DNA of 64,000 nt from an uncultured cyanobacterium (GTDB lineage Bacteria > Cyanobacteriota > Cyanobacteriia > Cyanobacteriales > Nostocaceae), in contig OY970166.1 in NCBI GenBank assembly GCA_963706595.1, positions 4,704,001-4,768,000 on the forward strand, written 5' to 3'. Shown piece by piece: positions 1 to 10,513 of the stretch. The notes under the pieces are model-generated. The model made no database searches. It was not told the origin of the DNA and saw only the letters and a program-made list of their open reading frames with translations. How positions within the stretch are numbered: position 1 is the stretch's first letter; each line of letters starts with the position of its first letter. The position numbers and the translations under genes are program-made.

Positions 1-1023
1 TTCTGTCATTGATTCTTCGACAAAGCGGGTGGTGTCAAAGGCTACCTGATACTGTATTCCTGGCGGAAAATTAGGAGCCAGTCGCGCCATTTCTTCCCTA
101 ACTCCCCGCGCCACATCTAAGGCGTTACTCCCAGGAAGCTGATAAATACCTAAACCGACAGCATCTTTGGCGCGATATCGCAAAAATGAGTTGTAATTTT
201 CGGCTCCTAGTTCGGCTCTCCCAACATCTTTCAGCTTGATTAAAGTGCCATCATCGTTAGTTCTCAGGACAATTTCGGCAAATTCTGATGGTTCTACTAA
301 TCTACTAGCCGCACGGACATCAATTTGATATCTTTGTCCTTCTGGAGCAGGTTCTTGACCAATGCTACCTGCACCGACTTGTAAGTTTTGTTCCGATAGG
401 GCATTGGCTACATCCTCAGTCGTTAGCCCCCGACTAGCAAGGCGATTCGGATCTAACCATATACGCATGGCATAACGACGTTCGCCAAAGATGGTAACAT
501 TACCAACACCTTTGACTCTTTTTAAGGCATCTCCTAAGTAAAGGTCGGCATAGTTGCTTAAAAATATATTGTCGTACTCATCATTTTCAGCAAATAGACC
601 AATTGCTAAGAGTATGTTATTAGATTGCTTTGAGACCCTCACACCCGTGCGTTGTACGGATTCTGGGAGTTGCGGTTGGGCAATGGAAACCCGGTTCTGC
701 ACATCCACAGCCGCAATATCAGGATTTCGGGATGAATCGAAGGTGGCTGTAATATTTGTGGAGCCATCGTTACTACTACTGGAAGTAATGTAGCGGATAC
801 CTTGAATACCGTTGATTTGCCTTTCTAAGATGTTCGTCACACCGCTTTCTACGTCCTCAGCACTAGCTCCGCTAAAGTTGGCGGTGACGTTGATTTGAGT
901 GGGAGCAATATCTGGGAAACGGGCGATGGGCAGTGTGGGTAAACAAATCAATCCCAATAACAGCACAATCAATGCACAAACTGTGGAAAAGACTGGCCGT
1001 TTGATAAAGAAATCAATAAACAT
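1..1023 (-). CDS. RND efflux transporter permease subunit (AcrB/HAE1 family), 5' part; runs off the window's left edge
   Basis: Not in the ORF track because it is truncated. Manual translation from ATG at 1023 gives MFIDFFIKRPVFSTVCALIVLLLGLICLPTLPIARFPDIAPTQINV...GERRYAMRIWLDPNRLASRGLT, a typical AcrB N-terminus. Lies downstream of a membrane fusion protein gene. Confidence 0.93.
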   Translation of the reverse strand, partial: MFIDFFIKRPVFSTVCALIVLLLGLICLPTLPIARFPDIAPTQINVTANFSGASAEDVESGVTNILERQINGIQGIRYITSSSSNDGSTNITATFDSSRNPDIAAVDVQNRVSIAQPQLPESVQRTGVRVSKQSNNILLAIGLFAENDEYDNIFLSNYADLYLGDALKRVKGVGNVTIFGERRYAMRIWLDPNRLASRGLTTEDVANALSEQNLQVGAGSIGQEPAPEGQRYQIDVRAASRLVEPSEFAEIVLRTNDDGTLIKLKDVGRAELGAENYNSFLRYRAKDAVGLGIYQLPGSNALDVARGVREEMARLAPNFPPGIQYQVAFDTTRFVEESMTE

Positions 1024-1350
1024 AGATTTGAGAATTGGGTAAATAGAAATTGGTGGTTAGGAATTAGTCAACCCATTTTGGATTTATGAATAAAATCGAA
1101 CCACCTTCGCGCAGCGTATGCCCCCAGGGCTTTAGTCGCCAATATCGCCAAGGGAAGAGGTAAAAGGAAAGGTTTACAACTGATTTGGGATTGCTATAAT
1201 TAACCAATTTTGGGTTTTAATTTGAGGTTTTTCTATCTATTGACGAAATTGAGCATCTTAATCAGATTTGTATTTTATTTACTGGCAAAGTGCTGTGATG
1301 TCTAAGATTTCAATTTCTGATTCTAAATATTATGCAATTATGAATTAGAA

Positions 1351-2892
1351 TTAGGGTTTCTCGTTACTCTTTCCTTCTGGTGCAGGCATAATCGGCGCAC
1401 CATTGGTTAAGTTAAGAATGCCAGAAATAACGATTTTTTCTCCAGCTTCTAGTCCTTCTAGAACTTGATAATTATTTCCTTCAATGTCTCCCAATTTCAC
1501 GGGTTTTTGTTGAGCTACTAAGTTTGGCATTCCTGGTTTTGATTCTGCCGGCGCTTGGGCTACAAATACAAATGTCTGTCCACCCATGCGAGATATTGCT
1601 TCTGTGGGAATTAATATTCCTGGGCGTTCATCCCAGATGACTCTGGCTTGCACGTTGAGGCGATTTAGTATTTGGTTTCTGGTATTGGCAAAGGTGGCTT
1701 TAGCTAAAATATTCTGCGTACTCACACTGATATTAGGCGAAATAAAACTTACTTTACCTGTGACGGCGGGTTTGCCTTCAGCATCTAGTACTTGTACGGG
1801 TAAGCCTACACGCAATCTTTCGGCTTCATTGAAAGGAATAGCTAAATTCAATTCCAAGGAGTCATTTTTATTCAGTGTGGTGAGTTCGTCTCCTTCGCTG
1901 ACAAAATCTCCTGCCTTTGCCGGGATATCACCGAGAATACCAGTCAGAGGCGCGACAATGTTTGTGAATTGCTGTTGGACTTCGGCTACCTGGACTTGGG
2001 CGGCGGCTTCCATGACTTCAGAACGGGCTTGGGCAATTTCTTCTGGGCGAGGGCCGTTCTCTAGTTGTCTGAGGTTTTGCTTTTCTAGTTCCACAGCCGC
2101 AGCTAGTTCATCAATATCAGAGCTTCGGCTTTTGCGGAGTTGGTCAAGCCGTCTTTGAGCTTCTTCTAGCCTCGCTTTAGCGCTTCTTTGTTCTCCGAGA
2201 AATCCTTCTAGTTGGTCTTGGGAAACAGCTCCGTCTGTTCTTAATTGTTGGTATCGTTTACCTCTTGACTGTGCCAATTCTAAGTCCGATTTGGCGACTT
2301 CAATTTGAGCTTCAGCCTGAGCTATTTCTTCGGGACGCGCTCCTCCTTGGGCGTTTTTCAGGCGAGTTTCGGCTTGAACTAATCTGGCTTTACCCTGAGC
2401 AATTTCTTCAGAACGTGTACCTGCTTTGAGTTCTGCTAGTCGGGCTTGGCTACGGTTTAATGATGCTTTTGCTTGTCGTAGGCGGGCTTGGGTGTCGGCA
2501 CTTTGCAGGCGAATTATAACTTGTCCTTTCTGGACGCGATCGCCTGCTTTAAATAAAATTTCACTGATGCGCCCGTCAATTTCTGGCTTGATTGCTACTG
2601 AGCCAGGAGCGTCTAAAAAGCCACCAATCACTGAACTGTCTTCGATGGTTCCAGTTTCTACGGTGGCTAATTTTACAGGAATTCCCATTGGTTGACCAGC
2701 CGCAGCTGTATCACCAGGTGCATTCCCCGCCAAGCTATTTTGCCACCAGCGCCAGCCAAAGCCACCACCGGCAATTAACACCACGATGCCTAAAATCAAT
2801 GGCCAACGTTGCTTTTGACTGGGTTTAAATGTTTGCTCTTGCTGTTCAATTTCAGCAGAATTTTGAGGTTCAGGTGGTTCAGAATTGGGCAT
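1351..2892 (-). CDS. RND efflux periplasmic adaptor (membrane fusion protein)
   Basis: N-terminal TM helix, lipoyl-like halves (IKPEIDGRISEILFKAGDRVQKGQ / IVAPLTGILG), long alpha-hairpin, C-terminal GLEAGEKIV; adjacent to the RND permease. Confidence 0.92.
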   Translation of the reverse strand: MPNSEPPEPQNSAEIEQQEQTFKPSQKQRWPLILGIVVLIAGGGFGWRWWQNSLAGNAPGDTAAAGQPMGIPVKLATVETGTIEDSSVIGGFLDAPGSVAIKPEIDGRISEILFKAGDRVQKGQVIIRLQSADTQARLRQAKASLNRSQARLAELKAGTRSEEIAQGKARLVQAETRLKNAQGGARPEEIAQAEAQIEVAKSDLELAQSRGKRYQQLRTDGAVSQDQLEGFLGEQRSAKARLEEAQRRLDQLRKSRSSDIDELAAAVELEKQNLRQLENGPRPEEIAQARSEVMEAAAQVQVAEVQQQFTNIVAPLTGILGDIPAKAGDFVSEGDELTTLNKNDSLELNLAIPFNEAERLRVGLPVQVLDAEGKPAVTGKVSFISPNISVSTQNILAKATFANTRNQILNRLNVQARVIWDERPGILIPTEAISRMGGQTFVFVAQAPAESKPGMPNLVAQQKPVKLGDIEGNNYQVLEGLEAGEKIVISGILNLTNGAPIMPAPEGKSNEKP

Positions 2893-3413
2893 ATTTATGT
2901 TCTCATGTTATGGATAGACTCGGAATTTGGTAATCTACTCTTGATTGACAAACCTTATGTCAGGTTGTTTGAGCAAGTTGGTTGCTATATCTAAAATTTG
3001 TAAAATCTAGTGATTAGTTTCTAGACTGTGGTTGATTTCCGCAAATAAATAAAGAATAACACCATTCTGACACCCAAATGTAAGCACTTGCTTGCATTAT
3101 ATACATAAGGTGATAAAATGTGTAGTAGTGAGCAGGATTTGATCGCGATCGCCAAAAAATGTACAACTAAATTTCAGTTAATCAAATTTACCAATAAAAC
3201 TATAAGTTTTTTTTATTTAAATTAACTATCTATAGGGGAAAATGGATAAAACGATTATTTTGATTGTAAATACCATTGTAGGGGTTGAGCAATGCTAAAA
3301 CCCCTACGAAATATCTGTTTTTTGACAACACATATTTAATGTTAATTGTCAATGCGTAACTTCTAAAGTATTTATTCTCGGTAAAATTTGCGCCAGATAA
3401 CTTGAGCCTAGAT

Positions 3414-4517
3414 TCATAAATAGCTTGATAAAACTTCGACAGTAGCAAGTCCTGTTTTTTCCCAACTGAATTGATTTGCTCTATTTATACCTTGGCTGGA
3501 AAGGTGCGATCGCACTTGCAGATCCTCCGCTATAATTTGCATAGCCTCAGTAATTTCTCCGATGTTGTAGGGATTGATTAAAATCGCTGCTTCTCCAGCC
3601 ACTTCCGGGAGAGACGAAAGGTTAGAGGTAATTACTGGAGTCCCGCAAGCCATTGCTTCGAGAACGGGAAACCCGAAGCCTTCCCACAGACTCGGAAAAA
3701 CCAGTGCGATCGCACCATTAATAATCTTTGGTAATTCGTTATAAGATACATAATTGAGAAACTTTACTTGCTCAGTGATTCCCAGTTCTGCAACCTGCGT
3801 TTCTAAACCTGGAGTGTAACGCGCATCAATGGGACCTGCTAACCACAGTTCATATTCACCCTTATTTGGTAGCGCCGCAAAAGCCGCTATGAGTCGGTGT
3901 AAATTCTTATAAGGATCTTGTCGTCCCAGGTAAAGAAAATAACGCTGACTTCCTCCCCATTTTGCTTTCATCGGGCGAAAATGTTCGCCATCATAAGCCA
4001 GAGGAATGGGCGTAATTTTGCTGGCGGGAATTTGGTAAAAATCGATCATATCCTGCGCTGTGGCTTGGGAATTGCAGATTATGTGTTGCGCTTGTTTGAG
4101 GACTTGGGGAATGTAGTAACGATGGTAAGGTGTTAACGGCGAGAAGCGTTTGGGAAAGCGCAACGGTATTAAGTCATGAGACATGACCACAAAACGACAG
4201 TTACTATTAAGGGGTGCTTCCGGTAACGGCGAAAATAACAACCTAGATTTTAGGTTTTTATAGATTTGTGGTAATTGGAACTGTGTCCACAATAAGCGGC
4301 GCAAATGCCCTTTTGTACCTTGAGCCGGAGTCAGATTATTGGGGACTGGATAGCAGTGGAATTTTGAACATTTCTGTGCTGTTAATAAAGTCGGCTCAAG
4401 AGATTTTAAATAAGGAGCAATATTTTTAGCATAGTTAGTTATACCTGTTGCTTGAGGTAATAGAATGGATAAGTTGATAATTAATTGATTAGCGCCAGAA
4501 TGATCAGATAATTTCAT
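3414..4517 (-). CDS. Glycosyltransferase, GT4 (GT-B) family
   Basis: [33 protein letters not shown] motif (EX7E). Confidence 0.92.
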   Translation of the reverse strand: MKLSDHSGANQLIINLSILLPQATGITNYAKNIAPYLKSLEPTLLTAQKCSKFHCYPVPNNLTPAQGTKGHLRRLLWTQFQLPQIYKNLKSRLLFSPLPEAPLNSNCRFVVMSHDLIPLRFPKRFSPLTPYHRYYIPQVLKQAQHIICNSQATAQDMIDFYQIPASKITPIPLAYDGEHFRPMKAKWGGSQRYFLYLGRQDPYKNLHRLIAAFAALPNKGEYELWLAGPIDARYTPGLETQVAELGITEQVKFLNYVSYNELPKIINGAIALVFPSLWEGFGFPVLEAMACGTPVITSNLSSLPEVAGEAAILINPYNIGEITEAMQIIAEDLQVRSHLSSQGINRANQFSWEKTGLATVEVLSSYL

Positions 4518-4776
4518 TAAATAATAGTTTGATCAGCCTTGAATTTTTCTATTACCGTTCTTTATTATGAAAATAATTTTACTCTTTCTCTACCTTTGTT
4601 GATGAAAATTATCAATATATAGCCGTAGTCATATCGGTTAGAAGAATTCTCATAGCTCAAAGCCTGGCAAAGACTGGGTTTATACTCAGCAGTTTGTGAT
4701 TCAACTACAAAAACTACCCGATTTGCTTTTGATTTTATGAAGGTGGAATCAACTCCAAACTTTAATATTCAAATCT

Positions 4777-5748
4777 TTAACCTACGCCATCCCTCAATTT
4801 TTTGAGGTCATAATCCACCATTAATTCGACCATTTGCTCAAAAGTATGTTGAGGTTGCCAACCTAACTCAGTTTTAATTTTATCAATGGAACCAACTAAC
4901 TGCACTGGTTCATCAGGACGGTAAAATGCGGGGTCAACTGCCACATAATCTTGCCAATTTAGACCAACATAATTGAAAGCACACTCAACGAGTTCTTTGA
5001 CTGAATGAGTTTCACCACTGGCAATAATATAATCTTCGGGTTGCTCTTGTTGTAACATCAGCCACATAGCATAAACAGCATCTTTGGCATAGCACCAATC
5101 ACGACGAGCATCTAAATTACCTAATTTTAATTCATTTGCCAAACCGAGTTTAATTTCGGCTGCGGCGTGGGTGATTTTACGAAATACAAATTCCGTCCCA
5201 CGTCGGGGCGATTCATGAGTGTAAGTAATACCACAGCAGCAGTAGAGGTCATATTTTTGTCGGTAGTTAACAGTCATCCAATGGGCGTAAGCTTTAGCAA
5301 CACCGTAGGGGTTACGGGGACGAAAAGCGGTGCGTTCGGTTTGGGGCGATTCGTCTGGTTGACCAAAAACTTCACTACTGGAAGCTTGATAGAATCTTGC
5401 ATCGGATTTGCAGCGACGGATTGATTCTAAGAGACGGGAAACACCCAGGGCTGTGTATTCTGCGGTGAGAGAGGGTTGAGTCCAAGAGAGGGGGACGTAG
5501 CTTTGAGAGGCGAGGTTATAGATTTCATCCGGTTGTGAGTCTGTAATTACGTCCATTAAGGAACATTGATCGAGGAGATCACCGGATAGGATTTTCACAT
5601 CGCCGGAGAGGTGGCTAATACGTTCTAAGTTGCTGGTGCTGGAACGGCGGACTAGTCCGAATACTTCGTATCCTTTGTTAAGGAGGATTTCGGCGAGATA
5701 GGAACCGTCTTGTCCGGTTAGTCCAGTAATGAGGGCTTTTTTAGTCAC
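4777..5748 (-). CDS. gmd: GDP-mannose 4,6-dehydratase
   Basis: ALITGLTGQDGSYLAE, YQASSSE, YGVAK, HESPRRG, LGNLDARRDW. Probable start is GTG at 5748 (the track extends to 5772). Confidence 0.93.
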   Translation of the reverse strand: MTKKALITGLTGQDGSYLAEILLNKGYEVFGLVRRSSTSNLERISHLSGDVKILSGDLLDQCSLMDVITDSQPDEIYNLASQSYVPLSWTQPSLTAEYTALGVSRLLESIRRCKSDARFYQASSSEVFGQPDESPQTERTAFRPRNPYGVAKAYAHWMTVNYRQKYDLYCCCGITYTHESPRRGTEFVFRKITHAAAEIKLGLANELKLGNLDARRDWCYAKDAVYAMWLMLQQEQPEDYIIASGETHSVKELVECAFNYVGLNWQDYVAVDPAFYRPDEPVQLVGSIDKIKTELGWQPQHTFEQMVELMVDYDLKKLRDGVG

Positions 5749-5877
5749 AGTGATAATTGTGCTGTTAAACAACTAAATTTAAACGAATTGTAGATGCGAT
5801 CGCCTGCTAACCGCCAATATAAAATCAGACAAAGGCGAGTTTGTAGTTATTGGACTTTTGACGAACGCGTAGCGCTG

Positions 5878-6732
5878 CTAGTTTCTCTGATTTAGACATC
5901 GCCTCAAATACATTAACACCCCCTGCATTTTTCCTAGTGATACTTGCGGTTTGATGACGATTAAAACAAGAGCGTACAGAATTAGTCTAGTTAATCTGAT
6001 TATTTGTATAGACAGATTTGTATATTTTTCTAATGTGATTAAATAGCTGTATGTACTATATTTAATTTTGAGAAAAATATTTCTATTCGTAATTGACGAT
6101 GGTTGATGAATTACACTAAAATTATTGGTTACAGCAATTAAATTTCCTTGATTCGCATAGCGTTGACAAAAATCAAAATCTTCATAATAGAGAAAGTAAA
6201 CCGGGTCAAACAAAGGAGGTTCCGAAAAATTTCGTAAATTAATCATTAAACTACAACCAGAAACCCAGTCACAAATCACATAGGGTTGATCTGTGTCTGT
6301 TAACAAGTTTTCATCAATAATTGCACCCATGCTAGGAAGAAAGCGACCACCTGCAAACCAAACTTCACCTTGAGGTGTATAAATAATAGTACCAAGAATT
6401 GATAACTCTGAATAAGAATCAAAAAAAGTATTAACTTCTGCTAAACAATTTTTTGACAAATAAGCATCAGGATTAATTATCCAAATAATTGCTTGCTGAT
6501 CTTCATTGAAAATATATTCAATCCCTAAGTTGCAAGCATTACCAAAGCCTATATTCCCTTCAGCATGAATAATCTGCACAGATTGACCTTGAATTTGATT
6601 AATATCAGAATCTTCAGGAGAATTATTGATGATTAAGACATTGTAAGCAATATTTTGGTCTGTTGGAAATGAATTGATTAATTTAGTTAACAGATTCGTA
6701 GAATAATAGTTAACTGTTAAAAAGTAAATCAT
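5878..6732 (-). CDS. Glycosyltransferase, GT2 family (rhamnosyltransferase-like)
   Basis: NIGFGNACNLG, INPD, WVSGCSL, FLYYEDFDFC motifs. Confidence 0.88.
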   Translation of the reverse strand: MIYFLTVNYYSTNLLTKLINSFPTDQNIAYNVLIINNSPEDSDINQIQGQSVQIIHAEGNIGFGNACNLGIEYIFNEDQQAIIWIINPDAYLSKNCLAEVNTFFDSYSELSILGTIIYTPQGEVWFAGGRFLPSMGAIIDENLLTDTDQPYVICDWVSGCSLMINLRNFSEPPLFDPVYFLYYEDFDFCQRYANQGNLIAVTNNFSVIHQPSSITNRNIFLKIKYSTYSYLITLEKYTNLSIQIIRLTRLILYALVLIVIKPQVSLGKMQGVLMYLRRCLNQRN

Positions 6733-7805
6733 GTCAGTTCAATTTGACAATCATCACCTATCAAAAAACGTAAAGCTTTAGGAAGACGAGGAGCAACAGT
6801 CAATTGTGCGCGTTGTCCAATCACACTATCAATAATACGCTGATTAATTCCCACAATTTTTGCACCTTCTAAAACTACGCTGTGTTCTAAATCGGTATCA
6901 ATGAGCTTTGTATGATTCGCAATGCTAGTGTAAGGACCAATGAAGCAGTTTTCTAAATAACAATCATTGCCAATCACAACTGGACCGCGAATTGTACAAT
7001 TAATAATTTGGGAATTAGTACCAATTTCCACTCGCCCAATAATCTGACTATTACTATCAACTTCGCCTAAATTTGACGTTTTCAAACAAGTATCAAGAAT
7101 CAACCGATTAGCTTCTAGTAAATCATCTTTTTTACCAGTGTCTAGCCACCAACCATCAAGTTTACAAGCTACAACTTGTTTTTGCTGGTTGATTAAACAT
7201 TGAATAGCATCGGTAATTTCTAACTCCCCTCTTTTTGAAGGTTGGATACAAGAAATGGCATCATGAATAATCGGGGAAAAGAAATAAACCCCTACTAATG
7301 CTAAATTTGATGGGGGAACTTTGGGTTTTTCAATTAATTCTAATACTCGCCCTGTTTCGTCTACCTTAGCAACACCAAAAGCGCTAGGATTCACAACTTC
7401 ACGTAGTAGAATTAAGGCATCTGGTTGTTGTTCAGTAAATTCTTGGAGAAAATAACTTAAGTCACCTTGTTGAATTAGATTATCACCCAAGTACATAACA
7501 AAGGGCGAATCTGCTAAAAAGGAACGGGCGACTGTCACCGCATGAGCTAATCCGGCTGGCTCGTCTTGTGTAATATAGGTGATGTTAGCGCCAAAAACTT
7601 TGCCATCTCCGGTTTTACTTTGGACTTCTGCTCCGGTTTCGGGGCTAATAATAATCCCAATATCGGTAATTCCAGCCGCAACCATCTCTTCAATTCCATA
7701 CCACAAAATTGGTTTATTGGCAACGGGGACGAGTTGTTTTGCGCCTGTATAAGTGAGTGGGCGTAGACGTGTACCTTTACCGCCGGATAGAATCAGTGCT
7801 TTCAT
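6729..7805 (-). CDS. rfbA: Glucose-1-phosphate thymidylyltransferase (long form)
   Basis: MKALILSGGKGTRLRPLT...KQLVPVANKP, RGELEITD, WLDTG. True start is ATG at 7805; the track's extension overlaps rfbD. Confidence 0.94.
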   Translation of the reverse strand: MKALILSGGKGTRLRPLTYTGAKQLVPVANKPILWYGIEEMVAAGITDIGIIISPETGAEVQSKTGDGKVFGANITYITQDEPAGLAHAVTVARSFLADSPFVMYLGDNLIQQGDLSYFLQEFTEQQPDALILLREVVNPSAFGVAKVDETGRVLELIEKPKVPPSNLALVGVYFFSPIIHDAISCIQPSKRGELEITDAIQCLINQQKQVVACKLDGWWLDTGKKDDLLEANRLILDTCLKTSNLGEVDSNSQIIGRVEIGTNSQIINCTIRGPVVIGNDCYLENCFIGPYTSIANHTKLIDTDLEHSVVLEGAKIVGINQRIIDSVIGQRAQLTVAPRLPKALRFLIGDDCQIELT

Positions 7806-7807
7806 AA

Positions 7808-8692
7808 TTATGATTTGGAGAGCCAGTTTTTGAGCATTAGCCTCAGTCTTTGTCGCCAATGGGGGGGGTAAGTTCCTAGAACTTTTGATATTTTCCCACA
7901 AGCTAGGACAGGATAAGCAGGGCGACGGGCTAAGGTGGGATATTCGGCGGTGGTGATGGGGATAACTTTGGGTGGTGTGAGGGGAAAACCAAGTTGTTGG
8001 GCTTCTTCAAAAATCGCCACTGCAAAGTCGTACCAGCTAATCACGCCACTATTGGTATAGTGGTAAATGCCAGCTATTTCTGGTGTTAACTGGGGTATAA
8101 TGTGGGCGATCGCATCAGCAATATCTTGCGCCCAAGTGGGACTACCAATTTGATCTGTAACTACACCAATTTCTGAGCGTTCTTTACCTAGTCGCAGCAT
8201 GGTTTTGACAAAGTTACCTTTTCCATAGGTTCCGTAAACCCAAGCTGTGCGAAGAATAATATGATGGGAATGAGTTTGCTCAATTGCTATTTCTCCGGCT
8301 CGTTTGGTTTTACCGTAAATACCTAACGGGTTAGTTGCATCAGTTTCTTGGTATGGGTGGGTTTGCTGTCCATCAAATACGTAATCTGTGGAAAAGTGAA
8401 TGAGGAAACAGCCGAGTTTTTGGCTTTCTTCAGCGATAATTTGCGGGGCTGTAGTATTAATGGCGGTAGCTAGTTCGGGTTCGGTTTCGGCTTTGTCTAC
8501 AGCAGTATAAGCAGCAGCATTAATGATTATTTGTGGTTGGATGTCTCTGATGATTTGACGCAGGTTATGGGGTTGAGTCAGGTCAATTTTAGGGCGCGCC
8601 AGTGGGATAATTTTATGTTTGGGCGAAAGGATTTTTTCGAGTTCTTGTCCTACTTGACCGTTACTACCCAGTAGTAAGATTGATTCATTCAT
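7808..8692 (-). CDS. rfbD: dTDP-4-dehydrorhamnose reductase
   Basis: GSNGQVG, NAAAYTAVDKAE, STDYVFDG, YGKTK, DQIGSPT. Confidence 0.95.
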   Translation of the reverse strand: MNESILLLGSNGQVGQELEKILSPKHKIIPLARPKIDLTQPHNLRQIIRDIQPQIIINAAAYTAVDKAETEPELATAINTTAPQIIAEESQKLGCFLIHFSTDYVFDGQQTHPYQETDATNPLGIYGKTKRAGEIAIEQTHSHHIILRTAWVYGTYGKGNFVKTMLRLGKERSEIGVVTDQIGSPTWAQDIADAIAHIIPQLTPEIAGIYHYTNSGVISWYDFAVAIFEEAQQLGFPLTPPKVIPITTAEYPTLARRPAYPVLACGKISKVLGTYPPHWRQRLRLMLKNWLSKS

Positions 8693-9230
8693 ATACTTCT
8701 GCGGTTCTAAATGCTTGACCGTTGTTATCTTTATCTGATAAGATTGGCGGTTGTTTGATAGGCCAATTTATCGCTAAATCTGGATCATTCCAGAGAATGG
8801 TGCGATCGCCTTGAGGAGCATAATAATCTGTCGTTTTGTAAATAACTTCGGCTACTTCTGACAGCACGAGAAAACCGTGAGCAAAGCCTGGTGGTATCCA
8901 TAATTGGCGTTTATTTTCGGCGCTGAGTTCATAACCTACCCATTGTCCAAAGGTGGGCGAACTTTTTCTAATATCTACGGCTACGTCAAAGATTGTACCA
9001 ACAACAGCACGAACGAGTTTACCTTGGGGTTGGATAATTTGGTAGTGTAGTCCGCGTAAAACGTTTTGCTGAGAAGCCGAGTGGTTATCTTGAACGAAGT
9101 TGACGGTGATACCCAGTTTGTCTGTGAATTTTTGCTGGTTGTAAGATTCCAAGAAAAAACCGCGCTCATCTTGAAAAACTTGAGGATAAATGATTGATAT
9201 AGCGGGTATTTTTGTTGATATAATTTCCAT
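8685..9230 (-). CDS. rfbC: dTDP-4-dehydrorhamnose 3,5-epimerase
   Basis: FQDERGFFLE, FVQDNHS, LRGLHYQ, PPGFAHGF. Confidence 0.96.
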   Translation of the reverse strand: MEIISTKIPAISIIYPQVFQDERGFFLESYNQQKFTDKLGITVNFVQDNHSASQQNVLRGLHYQIIQPQGKLVRAVVGTIFDVAVDIRKSSPTFGQWVGYELSAENKRQLWIPPGFAHGFLVLSEVAEVIYKTTDYYAPQGDRTILWNDPDLAINWPIKQPPILSDKDNNGQAFRTAEVYE

Positions 9231-9268
9231 TGTTTCTTTTTAGTCAAAATATTTTTTATTGTTTTTTC

Positions 9269-10364
9269 TCATCTTTTAAATAATAACTTTGTTTTTGGGA
9301 TTTGCACATATTTAAGTTTTAAACAAGGTTTTTCTATTAAATAATAACTCAATAAGGCGGGTATGATAGTAAGCAGCATACTCAAAATAAAGTATATAGT
9401 AAATCCAGCTTTATTCAGACCATAAAATGCTAAACTTTGCTGAATAGGAAATGCATATATGTACATACCATAAGATAAATCTCCATATTTATCAAAATTA
9501 TTAAAATTAAAAGGTAACTCAAATGCTAACCAAAATAAAATATAAGGAAGAGTAAAAGGTGCAATTAAAGAATAAAAATTATTCTGAATTCCGATAATTA
9601 TTAATATAATTGAAAAGAAAAAAATTCTTTTATTTATAAGAATATTTTTTCGGTATACAAAATATATACACCCAGCCAAAAAATAGATTAAAAATTTTAG
9701 TAAATTTATATCTGCAAAATACGGTATAATTTTACTCGCTGTTCCGGGAATAACCGAATCTAAAATGAAAATTAACCAAAGAAAAAGAAATAGATTAAGT
9801 ATAAGATTTTTATAATTTGTTAAAATTCCTAGTACTCCTAGTATTGCTATTAGTAAGTAGCATTTTAATTCGTAAGTTAATGTCCATAATGAACCATTAA
9901 AAATTTTCGGAAAAGGAACATCACTGAGAATATTAGCAATGCCAAACTGTCTTATATCTAAGAAAAAGTTAGTTTTTAAGTAGTTCCAAGGGTTATCAGT
10001 AGTACTTTGAAAGTAACCAGTCATAGTACCTATTCTCAGACCAATAAATAATAGGTGCAAAAATTAATACGGTTACGACCAAGCAAATCCAAAATCCTGG
10101 AAAGATACGTAAAAATCTGTGCCACAAAAAACGCCATATTGAAGAAGATGTAGTATAGCTCCGGGTAATCAGAAAGCCGCTTAAAATAAAAAAGCTTTCA
10201 ACTGCAAGACTACCATAGCTCTCTTTGTTACTTCCCAATAGACTCTCTGAACCAAAACCACCTAGAGGATAGCAATGAGAGAATATGACTAAATTTGCCA
10301 GAAAAAATCTTAAGAAAGTCAAACTGTTCTTTCTAGGGTTAAAAGCATCATTTAAATACGTCAT
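9269..10364 (-). pseudogene. Acyltransferase_3 family (OafA-like) membrane O-acyltransferase, split by one +1 frameshift (possibly a sequencing error)
   Basis: Track ORF 9996..10364 has the N-terminus (LRFFLA..VIFSH, FFILSGFLIT, RFLRIFP). Track ORF 9269..10060 has the rest (NGSLWTL.YE, GDLSYGMYIYAFP, SYYLIEKP). Removing one base near 10031 gives a 364-aa ORF reading ...YWSENGTMTGYF... Confidence 0.8.
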
Positions 10365-10513
10365 AACAACTCCTAATATATTAAAGATTTATGTAACAAA
10401 TGAAAAAACCCAATTTAAACGAAAATCTATGTGATTTCTTAACCAGTTTAGATTCAAATAACGAGACTATTGTTGTGAATAAGAGATTTATTCTTGATAA
10501 CTACTAAAATAAT

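Noticed and set aside
1586..2994. Plus-strand ORFs antisense to the RND adaptor, and similar shadow ORFs across the window (e.g. 23738, 25449-26044, 35657, 52165, 57668)
   Set aside because: They lie opposite well-supported genes and show no recognisable motifs.
3230..3448. 72-aa minus-strand ORF downstream of the GT4 gene
   Set aside because: It is AT-rich, overlaps the GT4 stop, has no motif, and there is no support for coding.
7806..7901. N-terminal extension of rfbA given in the ORF track
   Set aside because: It overlaps rfbD, and the family N-terminus MKALILSGG starts at 7805.
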